This document shows, piece after piece, positions 49,848 to 59,510 of a DNA stretch of 64,000 nucleotides. The translations under genes and the position numbers were made by a program. The first letter of the stretch is position 1; each line of letters begins with the position of its first letter. The notes beneath the pieces are model-generated. The model was not told where the DNA came from and did no database searches. It worked only from the letters and a program-made list of their open reading frames with translations. Source of the stretch: Sedimentisphaerales bacterium (GTDB lineage: Bacteria > Planctomycetota > Phycisphaerae > Sedimentisphaerales > SM23-30); the NCBI GenBank assembly GCA_963666285.1, contig OY762711.1; one strand, given 5' to 3'.

Positions 49848-52565
49848 TTATTGTAAAGATTCCTTGATTTTGGCCAATTCTTCATCAAAAAAGTCCAGAA
49901 TATCCTGTAAATCTTTCTTATCTTTACCATTATGGGTCTCTAATAGCTTTTCTTCCACGCAACCCTGAAGGTAATAAATATCGCTGACTATCTGTGCCAG
50001 TTCAGAATTACTCATCCGATCATAAGGATTGACCGTTGCTTCTGCATCCGTATCCAGGCTTAATGCCGCCACACTTGCAATAGATTCCAAAGGTGAAACA
50101 GAAGCTGCCATCATAGTAACCTCTCCGCTGATACTTGCATTGTAATTTCCATACCAGCATGCCTGCCAGAGCCAAGGCACATCAAATACAAATACTGTCA
50201 AATCCGCCAGGTCTATACAGTATTGACTGGTGCCGGTATCATCCAGGTTACATGCCGGATTCCAATCATAAGTATCGTTTGGGTCGCCATAATTCGGGTC
50301 AGCCCATCCGGGATCACCGGGGTCAAGAGTAAGCCAAGAATCGGCAAAGAATCTGAACTCTTCCAGGTTTACTATGCCGTCCGCGTTCCAGTCGTTCTCG
50401 TTGGCAAATTCTTCCTCGGTATAATTACCATCACAGGAATACACTTCATCGGCACCCATATCAACATATGCACCGGCAACCCGCACTTCGTTATCATAGT
50501 CAACCTGATCGGAGTAAACCAGGTTTGGATTGCCAATATCTTTACAGATAGAGTTATATGCCAAATGGTAGTTATTCGGGTCAGGCGTACCGGCCGGGTC
50601 GGCAGGGTAGGCAAACATAGGTGCAGAACTGATATTATGATTGTTGTTGACATCATTACAGTCCTGTATGCAGCTGTAATAAGCAAAATCGGCATCTATG
50701 CCGCTCAGCTGCGGACCGCTGCTGTTGTTATAGTAAATTATGCAGTTCTGGATATCCGGATAATCCGGAGTTGGGTCATTTGGGTCTATGCTGCCATTAT
50801 CCTCAAAATGTATTCCAACTGACTTATTATTTGAGATAGTCAGGTTGTGCAGCACTGGATTGGATGGTGGATTGACAATACGAATTCCTTCATTACCTTC
50901 TTCAGAGAGGTCACTCTCAGATATAATACTGTTTTTGATATTAGGGTTTGAACCATCACTATAAATTCCATGATTATTATTCCGCATAATCCAAGAGTTA
51001 GAGACATTAAGATTACTTAAAATACTTTCATGAAAGATACCACTTGCACCATTATTTTTAACCATACATGATTTGATAGCAGCATTGGCATCTGAAACAT
51101 AGATACCATAGTTAATACTATTTTCAATAGTACAATCATTAATAGTAAAATCCAAACCCGGACTGTAGATATTATAGTCCCAGCCATATTTGATGGTTAC
51201 GCCGTCGAGCAAGCTATCTTGTCCCATTGTTACAACTGTATACGCAAAATCATAATCACTTAGTTTGCCGCTTAATATTGTCTTATATTTCTTTGCGTTC
51301 CTATTGGCAAAATCACATCCTCCGGTCGGGAAACCGCCATAAATCTCGGTTCCATCGGGTAATACGAAGCTGTCATCTTCTGAAATGCCCGGCAGATAGG
51401 TACCTTTAGCCACATAAATCGTAAACGCTTCGCTGCAAGGAGATTTCCAGGCCCGTTGTAATGCCTTTTGCAGGCCGGATTCAGTATTATAAGCATTATC
51501 CCAGCTTGAACCGGTATCATATCCGTCTGCGTTAATATCTACGTAAATTATATTAGGATCGCCATAGCAGCAGACAGGAGTATCTTCTGTTGCAATCGCC
51601 AGAACTGTTTCAAAGGTAACTGTATTACCATTGATATCTTCAATAGAATATGTACCTATTAACTCAGCCACATTGTGCAAAATCTCGCCCGGTTCGGCAT
51701 ATTCGCTTACTTCTACATCCAATGAAACGCATGTCAAAGGAGTATTGGGGTCGGTATCCGGTGCAAGCGTGCCGATTTCCCAGGTATAAGTATGAAAATT
51801 GGGGTCATAATTCGGGTCAGGCGGTATCACGTTCAAGTTGCTATCTATCCATTCCCACCCCTTCGGATAGTAAACATTTTTGGGCAAATAATCAACGATC
51901 TTAACATTTGTCAAGTTGTGATATGATTCATTCTTGTAACAGATAGTATAAGTAAATTCTTTGTTCTCCTGGGTATCGGGAGAGACACATTCGCCATCAG
52001 CAACATCATCATCTTTATATAATAGTATTCGACTCATACCATTCGGAAACAATATAACATCATGCTCATTAAGGCCTGTATCGTTAACAGTTAATGTGCC
52101 AGCCTCAACAACTCTATGAACAGACCAGTTTAATATGTCATCCTGGTCATTTGTGCGAACCCTGATATACGGACAGTTTGGGTCTTTGACTATTATCCCG
52201 GTAAAACTAAAATCACCGTCAGGTGGTATTTCGCCATGAGTAGCGTCTTCATCCCATACAACCATGATGTCGTTTACATTCATTTGCACGGGTACCGGTG
52301 TTGAAAACTGAGGTATTTTATAAACCTCATATTCAGATATAAGGCACCCATCGATATCAACATACAAATACAGATTGGTATAAGTATCCGTACTACGTCT
52401 GCTGATAACTTCAACCCAGCAGTCATTTGCAGAGCTTGAAGTTTCACCGTAATAACATGAAGTTGTTGTTGGTGATATAACAGGCTCAACAACCTGAGCA
52501 GATAGTTTTTGAGAGAGAAACACACATAACATCAAACCACATCCAACAAAAAAATACCTCATCAT
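49848..52565 (-). CDS. Large secreted protein: DUF11-like domain, right-handed beta-helix, dockerin-like motifs
   Basis: Signal peptide; FTYTICYKN..LTNVKIVDYLP; IIYVD..GSSWDNAY; N-N-x-x-GI beta-helix repeats; VDMGADE; DWNADGIVNLEEF. Confidence 0.82.
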   Translation of the reverse strand: MMRYFFVGCGLMLCVFLSQKLSAQVVEPVISPTTTSCYYGETSSSANDCWVEVISRRSTDTYTNLYLYVDIDGCLISEYEVYKIPQFSTPVPVQMNVNDIMVVWDEDATHGEIPPDGDFSFTGIIVKDPNCPYIRVRTNDQDDILNWSVHRVVEAGTLTVNDTGLNEHDVILFPNGMSRILLYKDDDVADGECVSPDTQENKEFTYTICYKNESYHNLTNVKIVDYLPKNVYYPKGWEWIDSNLNVIPPDPNYDPNFHTYTWEIGTLAPDTDPNTPLTCVSLDVEVSEYAEPGEILHNVAELIGTYSIEDINGNTVTFETVLAIATEDTPVCCYGDPNIIYVDINADGYDTGSSWDNAYNTESGLQKALQRAWKSPCSEAFTIYVAKGTYLPGISEDDSFVLPDGTEIYGGFPTGGCDFANRNAKKYKTILSGKLSDYDFAYTVVTMGQDSLLDGVTIKYGWDYNIYSPGLDFTINDCTIENSINYGIYVSDANAAIKSCMVKNNGASGIFHESILSNLNVSNSWIMRNNNHGIYSDGSNPNIKNSIISESDLSEEGNEGIRIVNPPSNPVLHNLTISNNKSVGIHFEDNGSIDPNDPTPDYPDIQNCIIYYNNSSGPQLSGIDADFAYYSCIQDCNDVNNNHNISSAPMFAYPADPAGTPDPNNYHLAYNSICKDIGNPNLVYSDQVDYDNEVRVAGAYVDMGADEVYSCDGNYTEEEFANENDWNADGIVNLEEFRFFADSWLTLDPGDPGWADPNYGDPNDTYDWNPACNLDDTGTSQYCIDLADLTVFVFDVPWLWQACWYGNYNASISGEVTMMAASVSPLESIASVAALSLDTDAEATVNPYDRMSNSELAQIVSDIYYLQGCVEEKLLETHNGKDKKDLQDILDFFDEELAKIKESLQ

Positions 52566-53097
52566 AAGTCTCCTTCATAATGGTAAAAAATATAATCCCG
52601 GAATATTTCAATATCCCGAACCGTAGAATTCCACTCGTTTATTTATAACCCAATATTGGGCACTACCTCAACATTTTGAATTATTTGTTCACAAACATAA
52701 ATTAAGGAAAAAACACTCCTGCTAAATTTTAGCAGTGAATATGACATTAACATAAATGGGTATAAAATCAAGTGTAAACCGAGTAAAAAACACCCATAAT
52801 CTTTATTTATTCAATAATTTATTTTAAGTACCGGGGTATCTCTAAAAACAGGCAGTGGAACGGACGTGAAACTGCAAGTATTGTTTTTGTATTAATTGAG
52901 ATATTATGCAGTTATCGCTTTGTTAGAAAAATCTATTAAGCAAGCAAGTCACAAGCAAGTCATGCATATATTTTCATAAAAAATGAACAGGAATTCACCA
53001 AATCTAAACTAAAGATACAATATTAGAACATCAACAGAGAAATAAAAGATGCTTCATTCTTGTGCGGTTTATGCTTTGCATAATATGTACGGCGTAC

Positions 53098-53276
53098 TGA
53101 CTGTTCAACATTATACGCAAAGACCAGAACATGGTCAATTAAGTGAAAAAAAAGGTGTTTCCCGATGAATTAGGATTTCGCTTTACTCAACATCGCATAT
53201 TATGCTCAGTTTAAAGAGCTACAAAAAGGAGGACCTTTTAGGCGTTTTTAGCAACTTAAAAATGCAAAAGTTCACT
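53098..53276. repeat. Dispersed intergenic element, copy 2
   Basis: Same two conserved blocks as 16561-16726. Confidence 0.75.
53110..53138 (-). promoter_or_regulatory. Putative sigma70 promoter facing the beta-helix/PEP-CTERM cluster
   Basis: TTGACC-N17-TATAAT. Confidence 0.6.
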
Positions 53277-53297
53277 TCTTCATAAGGTCGATTTATA

Positions 53298-55295
53298 CTA
53301 ACCGGCCTTATGATTACCATTTTTCTTCTGGTTTTCCATATGCTTTTTGTGTAATTCCTGGCTGTCAACATCACCGACATATTCAGGAATAATTCTTTTA
53401 ATCAGAGCTACGATCTCATCATATTTGGCGGAATTGGCCACCCTAATGAGTTCGTCGACGGTGTCGTAAAGCTCATTTTCGTCAGGCGGTATATTCTGCC
53501 AGACCGCAATCTTCGGATGAGGAGTCGGCTTCATATCTTCACCGGCGATACTCAATTCTTCGAATAGCTTTTCGCCCGGTCTCATGCCTGTATACTTGAT
53601 TTCAATATCTTCGTCAGGCCTGAACCCGCTAAGAGTAATAAGTTCACGTGCCAGATCAGCGATTTTGACAGGTTCGCCCATATCGAGCAGGAATATTTCT
53701 CCGCCCTTACCCATAGTTGCAGCCTGAAGCACCAGCTGTGAAGCTTCCGGAATAGTCATAAAGTATCGCTGCATGTCAGGGTGAGTAACAGTAACCGGTC
53801 CCCCGGACTCGATCTGTCTTCTGAAAATAGGGACAACCGAACCGTTGGAGCCCAGCACATTACCAAATCTTACCGTAATAAAGTCAGTATTACTTTTGCT
53901 ATTGATACTCTGTATAACCATTTCAGCGATTCGTTTACTGGAACCCATAATACTGGTAGGGTTAACCGCTTTATCGGTTGATATCATAACAAAGTTACTT
54001 GCACCCCATTTATCAGCGGCCGTAGCAACGTTTCTACTACCACAGACGTTATTTTTAAAGGCTTCGCCCGGATTAGCTTCCATAAGCGGCACATGTTTAT
54101 GGGCAGCCGCATGGATAACGACCTCAGGATGGAAAGTAGCAAATAAGCGGTCAACACGTTCAGAATCGGCAATATCACAGATAACCGGTCTAAGCGGAAC
54201 GGTAGGATGGCTTTTCTGCAATTCACGTTCGATATGGAACAGAGGATTTTCGGCCTGTTCAACCAGCAGCAATTTTTTGGGGCCAAACTGACAGATCTGT
54301 CGGCACATTTCCGAGCCAATGGAACCACCAGCCCCGGTAACCATAACAATTTTATTATTAAGAAACTTACTGATTTTATCAATATCAAGAGTTACCGGGT
54401 CGCGGCCGAGCAAGTCGTTAATATCGACCTCTCGCATCTGAGAGACAGAAAACTTACCAGATGCAATAGAAACGAGGTCCGGAACCGTATTGAATTTCAG
54501 GTTGGAACCTTCACACTGACTAATCACGCGTCTGATATCTTTTCTATAAACAGAAGGCATCGCAATAACCAGCTCGTCAATATTCATCTCTTTGGCGATT
54601 CTGGCAATTTCATTGGTAGTACCAATAACCTCTACGCCATGAATCCGCATGCCTTGCTTACGAGCATTGTCATCGATAAAGCCAACGACCTCGTATTTGA
54701 GAATTGCCATCCTGCGAATTTCCCTGAGCAGAGTTTCGCCGGCATTGCCGGCACCAACAATAAGAATACGAGTAAGCCGTCCGGAAACGACCTGCTGATT
54801 TTCTTCGAAATACAACCTGATAATAAGCCTGGAACCACAAACAGTACAGATAGTAGCAACCCAGTCGGCAACCAGAATAGCGACTTCCAGCTCATCAAGC
54901 AAAGGAATTTCCTGGCCGGGCATCATGCCAAGAATGTTAGGGAATCTCCATCTGCAGATATAGTAAGCAGAAATTTCGATAACCAGACAAATATGAGTGG
55001 CTTTTATTATACTAAAGAGATCAGAGACACTAACATATCGCCACCATCCCTGATATTGCCGAAATATGCCGTAAACAACGAGCTTAATAACAGCAATAAC
55101 TAAAAAAGTATTCCAAAAAAGCGGCCCAAACCACTCTTCGTTTATCTCCATACTGTTTAGAACAACAAAGGACATAAACAAGCTAAGCCAGAAAAACACC
55201 AGATGAGCGAATATGATTTTGCCTTTCCACAAAATATAATCTTTCAACGGCATGCCTTGGCCGGATGATGAACTTGTATGTAAGTCTCTTTCCAT
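53298..55295 (-). CDS. capD: Membrane-bound nucleoside-diphosphate sugar 4,6-dehydratase (CapD/PglF/WbpM family)
   Basis: Four N-terminal TMs, IVGAGNAG, DLLGR, VTGAGGSIGSE, HAAAHKHVP, STDKAVNP, MGSSK, VRFGNVLGSNGSV, RPGEKL. Confidence 0.92.
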   Translation of the reverse strand: MERDLHTSSSSGQGMPLKDYILWKGKIIFAHLVFFWLSLFMSFVVLNSMEINEEWFGPLFWNTFLVIAVIKLVVYGIFRQYQGWWRYVSVSDLFSIIKATHICLVIEISAYYICRWRFPNILGMMPGQEIPLLDELEVAILVADWVATICTVCGSRLIIRLYFEENQQVVSGRLTRILIVGAGNAGETLLREIRRMAILKYEVVGFIDDNARKQGMRIHGVEVIGTTNEIARIAKEMNIDELVIAMPSVYRKDIRRVISQCEGSNLKFNTVPDLVSIASGKFSVSQMREVDINDLLGRDPVTLDIDKISKFLNNKIVMVTGAGGSIGSEMCRQICQFGPKKLLLVEQAENPLFHIERELQKSHPTVPLRPVICDIADSERVDRLFATFHPEVVIHAAAHKHVPLMEANPGEAFKNNVCGSRNVATAADKWGASNFVMISTDKAVNPTSIMGSSKRIAEMVIQSINSKSNTDFITVRFGNVLGSNGSVVPIFRRQIESGGPVTVTHPDMQRYFMTIPEASQLVLQAATMGKGGEIFLLDMGEPVKIADLARELITLSGFRPDEDIEIKYTGMRPGEKLFEELSIAGEDMKPTPHPKIAVWQNIPPDENELYDTVDELIRVANSAKYDEIVALIKRIIPEYVGDVDSQELHKKHMENQKKNGNHKAG

Positions 55296-55302
55296 ATGAA
55301 CC

Positions 55303-55330
55303 TTATCGACTTTTATGTAAATACACTTTA
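55303..55330 (-). promoter_or_regulatory. Putative sigma28-type promoter of capD
   Basis: TAAAG-N15-GTCGATAA immediately upstream of the ORF. Confidence 0.5.
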
Positions 55331-55584
55331 TTCATAAAGTAATGAAATAAGATGTTAAGAAGAACAAAATATCAAAATCGCATAAGAATCACGTAAGAAT
55401 ACTATTAATAACAGATTTGGATTGCATACGATTCCTCTTACATTTTTATTAAACAGAGATCAAAATTAAATAACAGGCTTTGTTTAAGTGGAACAATTAT
55501 AGTTAAATTATGTCTATTAACAATAGATTTGTGCATTATCCATAATATCGCGGCGGTCAAAAAACGACATAAACATTTACTATA

Positions 55585-58500
55585 TCATTCTTTATAATCT
55601 GTAAAAATATCCCCGATCAATGAAAGAGGTATCGGAGTAATAACCGGCTTATCATATTTTCCAGTAGCCCGCACATGTATAAAACCGCTCCTAACAGCAT
55701 TAAACAGGCTTTCAACAACCGGAATAGGTTTGAGAATTTTTGGAGCTTCAATTAAAAATTTAATGTCAAGTTCTCCGCTTTTATCTTCATCGCCGGCAAA
55801 AGGACCTACCATTTGCCCCTTTCCGTTAATAGACACCGCACCACCCAGAAAATCCATTTTAGTAAACATTGTTTTATCATCCACAATATCACCAATAATA
55901 GAAGCATCCTGAAACGCCCCTTGATGAGGCATAGAGAAGTTAATAATGTTTAATATGCCGGCGATAAGAGGTAATTTCCCTAGAGCACCATTACTAATAT
56001 AAAACTCAAATTTTCCGATTTTGTTTTCCCGGCTATAGAACAAATTCATATAGCCGTTCAACCGCCCCTTAATCTCTTCTGCTTCCTCAGCCAGGACAAC
56101 ATCTCTCAGATCACAATTTCTAAAGATTAATTCGAGCTCTGTCGACTTATCAGACCTGTCAGTTTTTGCTTTAATTCTACCGCCCAATTTACCGTTACAG
56201 AAAATCGAGTTGATGATGTCGATATCCAATAGATGCCGACTGCTGTTAAAGCTTACCTTTGATCTGGTTTCTTTCAAAGGTCTTTTTAAGATAAGAGCGG
56301 CAGTGTCATAAATATCTGCGTCAAGTTCAAGGTTATCATTGACCTGGTCATATACAAATGAATACTGAAAAGAAGAACTGATATCCGTAGTTTCAAGCGG
56401 CAATAATAATTTACCGTCAGCGATAGAGCCGGTCCCTTTGACATGCCATTTCATATCATTGTTGGTGTCAGCCGTATCAAGCGAAAGGTCAGCATCGCAA
56501 CTGAGATCGCCTGCTAAACCAATTTCATCACTTAACAGCGGTACAAGTTCGACAAAAGCTTTTTTAAGGTTATCGTCAATGGGGAATTCCCGGGCAACGA
56601 CCTTTAAGTCAATATTTTTATGATTGTCTTTATCTGCCAACGAACCATTCAAGCAGACAGAATTATTAGCAAAAGAAACATTATTTAATGTAACCAGCCC
56701 AGGCACCATATTAAACTCACCGTTGAGAGAGTCAACACGATAATCCATAAAGACAGCCTGCATATCATGAGGATTGAAAACAGCAGAATAATCCAGTTTT
56801 TTGTCGGCCTCCCTGGCAACTTTCAATTTTAGATCAAATATACCAGAAGGGTTATACTTTTGGATAATTTCCGGAATGTTTTTACTAACCAAATCTTTCA
56901 GGTCGTAATCAAAAGGCAACCGGCGTCCATCAAGTTCCAGCGTGTAGTTGTTTTTATCAATATAGCCGGACGCCTTAACAGGCGAGGTATTATCCGGCCA
57001 GATAACATTACCGGCAAAATCAAGAATATTGAGACGGAAATCCTTGATATTTACATTAGTTTCAACTTTTTCGATCTTCCTGGGAAACTGTTCCAGGAAA
57101 ACAGAGGCGTCAGAAAGATACAAATTGATATCATGTTCGATGGTATCGACTTTGATTTCATCAATCGGAGTTTTCGAGATATGCCCGTTGAATACTTTTC
57201 TGACGCCAGCGGAACCGGAAAGATTTCCCAGCGGGTTGGCCTTGTCATAAAGTTTTTTAATCATAGTCGGCAACTGGCCTGCAACTGTACTGTCAAGTAC
57301 GGTATTGTCAAAATCAACCCGGCAATCTAAAACAGAATCACCTAGATCCGGAGTATCAATAAAACCTTGAACCTTGAACTTGCCGCCGGCAAAATCTGCA
57401 CTTTGCACTTCAAAAGTAGTTTTTTCACGTTCCCAGCGAACCTTACCGAAACATTTACCGGCCGGTACCGGGAAAAATTTAAACGTGCCGCTGCAATCTT
57501 TCAGGTTAAGTTCCAGGCTGTCATTTGGCGGCTGCCCCTGAATGACATTCAATCTATAATGGGCGTCGGCACTGCCGGTTGGATTGAAGAGGTCAAAGAT
57601 GTTTTTCTGGATATTATTAAAAGCATTGTAAAGAGTATCGTTAACGACAATATTTTTAGCATCAACATCAACATCGATTACCCATTTATTGTCATTATTT
57701 TTGGCAGCACCGCCATTAACAGTTATGTCCTGACCATCCTGCGAACAGTAGATTGGTCCAAACTCAACAAGTCCTTTGCTAATATGAATAGGACCGTGAG
57801 CACCGTGCAAGAGATAAGGGAACCGAACATGTCTGCCAGAAGCGTTGACAAGTTCGATATCGCAAGATACATTATTTACGTCACCGCTTCTTTCAAAGGA
57901 TGCGTCAATGTCAATCCTGCCGGTCGGAACAAGATCCGAAATGATTTGCTTTTTCTTTTCCGGAATAGCACAGACCAGCATTTTAAGAACCGATTTAAAT
58001 GAACCGGTATTAACAGCATCACTACTATATTCTTTGAGCCGGTCGATATCAAGCAGATTGCTTTGCATAATATCGAAATCCTGCCATTGGTCGGCAGGCA
58101 GATTCATATCGGTACTAATGATCCTGAGATTTATATCTGAGTCGCTTGAATAGCCTTTGACAGACCCGGTAAGCAGGAAGTTAGCGTCATTATAACCAAC
58201 TTTAACCGAGTTAATAATAGTTTCATTAGAAGTAACAACAATTTCACCGCTAACATTATTAAGCGGCAGAACAGCGCCTGCCCCAATCCAATCGATACCG
58301 GCAGAAGCCTGTTCAAGAGTAACGGTCAGCCTGTTGCCCTGAACCGGGCTATAAAGACTGTTCAATACAATTTCACCCCTTGGGTTAATCGCATCATAAA
58401 GCAGCCTGAACCTGGCAAGGTTAGGCGGAAGGTTTTCTGAAGCAAACTGTTCGATATCAAACTTAAGTTTTGAAGCAAGTTCTAGAGTTTCCGGGTTATA

Positions 58501-59235
58501 GCTGCCATTTATAACACAGTTGGGCAGCGAAGTAGTTTCGCTGCTGACAAATTTGAAGGAGATGATACTACTTTCCGGATTTCTAAGAGCACTACCGGAG
58601 AACTCCTGTTTCAACGGAGAAGAAAGATAATCTTTTGAGCTTTCCCGATATTGAATATAAGATTCCCTGATAAAAACTTTGGGGAAAGATTTGCGTTTGC
58701 CCTCACCTTTTTTCAATTTCAGTTTAGTAATATTCCAGTTTTTTTCGTCATTGTCATAACTCAGATTAAGAAGCGCCCCAATAGCGACAATACGATCAAC
58801 CTCCAGTTCTCGTGTGAAAATACTCAACGGATTGAATTCGAGCAGAATATCGTCACTGCTGAATATAAGATATTGCGGTTCATGCGGCATGCCGGGCAGA
58901 TAAACATTAAGATTGCGGATCCTGATATCGCTAAGGATATTGATCTCTGCCTGTCCAATATCAACTTCACCACCAGTGATTTTATGAAGTGCCCGGGTGA
59001 GATGTCCGTTAATACGTTTGTCGGCTAACTGGTAAGTAATAATACCAACAGCGATAATAATTACGCCCAGAGCAATCCCGGCAGTTAAACGCTTGCGAAT
59101 TCTTCGTTCAGGTGAATGCCGGCGCGGATTGTGGCTTCGTGCAAGCTGAAGTGCCGATTTGATGAGTCTGGCAACTGTTTTCAGTTTATAGGACCAGCTT
59201 TTATTATCTTGATTTATCTTTTTCACTGACAACAA
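55585..59235 (-). CDS. AsmA-like/YhdP-type large periplasmic protein
   Basis: Single N-terminal TM, long beta-rich repeats, C-terminal GAVSINGKG..LDIKF..VRATGKYDKPVI; start uncertain. Confidence 0.75.
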   Translation of the reverse strand: MLSVKKINQDNKSWSYKLKTVARLIKSALQLARSHNPRRHSPERRIRKRLTAGIALGVIIIAVGIITYQLADKRINGHLTRALHKITGGEVDIGQAEINILSDIRIRNLNVYLPGMPHEPQYLIFSSDDILLEFNPLSIFTRELEVDRIVAIGALLNLSYDNDEKNWNITKLKLKKGEGKRKSFPKVFIRESYIQYRESSKDYLSSPLKQEFSGSALRNPESSIISFKFVSSETTSLPNCVINGSYNPETLELASKLKFDIEQFASENLPPNLARFRLLYDAINPRGEIVLNSLYSPVQGNRLTVTLEQASAGIDWIGAGAVLPLNNVSGEIVVTSNETIINSVKVGYNDANFLLTGSVKGYSSDSDINLRIISTDMNLPADQWQDFDIMQSNLLDIDRLKEYSSDAVNTGSFKSVLKMLVCAIPEKKKQIISDLVPTGRIDIDASFERSGDVNNVSCDIELVNASGRHVRFPYLLHGAHGPIHISKGLVEFGPIYCSQDGQDITVNGGAAKNNDNKWVIDVDVDAKNIVVNDTLYNAFNNIQKNIFDLFNPTGSADAHYRLNVIQGQPPNDSLELNLKDCSGTFKFFPVPAGKCFGKVRWEREKTTFEVQSADFAGGKFKVQGFIDTPDLGDSVLDCRVDFDNTVLDSTVAGQLPTMIKKLYDKANPLGNLSGSAGVRKVFNGHISKTPIDEIKVDTIEHDINLYLSDASVFLEQFPRKIEKVETNVNIKDFRLNILDFAGNVIWPDNTSPVKASGYIDKNNYTLELDGRRLPFDYDLKDLVSKNIPEIIQKYNPSGIFDLKLKVAREADKKLDYSAVFNPHDMQAVFMDYRVDSLNGEFNMVPGLVTLNNVSFANNSVCLNGSLADKDNHKNIDLKVVAREFPIDDNLKKAFVELVPLLSDEIGLAGDLSCDADLSLDTADTNNDMKWHVKGTGSIADGKLLLPLETTDISSSFQYSFVYDQVNDNLELDADIYDTAALILKRPLKETRSKVSFNSSRHLLDIDIINSIFCNGKLGGRIKAKTDRSDKSTELELIFRNCDLRDVVLAEEAEEIKGRLNGYMNLFYSRENKIGKFEFYISNGALGKLPLIAGILNIINFSMPHQGAFQDASIIGDIVDDKTMFTKMDFLGGAVSINGKGQMVGPFAGDEDKSGELDIKFLIEAPKILKPIPVVESLFNAVRSGFIHVRATGKYDKPVITPIPLSLIGDIFTDYKE

Positions 59236-59399
59236 ATATGAGGTTAATACAAATAATCTGCCATTTCTACGTAGATATTATATATTATATTTTCAGGAGT
59301 TAAAGCACATAATAAAATGAATCGATAATAACAACAAGTATTCTATTTACAAAATTTTACATATAGATGCGTTATTAGCTATTTATGACGGCAGTTATA

Positions 59400-59428
59400 T
59401 TGACTCATGTTGGCAATTATAGTATATT
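59400..59428 (+). promoter_or_regulatory. Putative sigma70 promoter
   Basis: TTGACT-N17-TATATT about 80 bp upstream of the glycoside hydrolase gene. Confidence 0.5.
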
Positions 59429-59510
59429 AAAATGTAAGGCAACCTCTGAAAATTGCATTTTGTTGAAAAGCTGCAAAAAACAATAATTCTATATACAAGT
59501 GAGATAAAGA

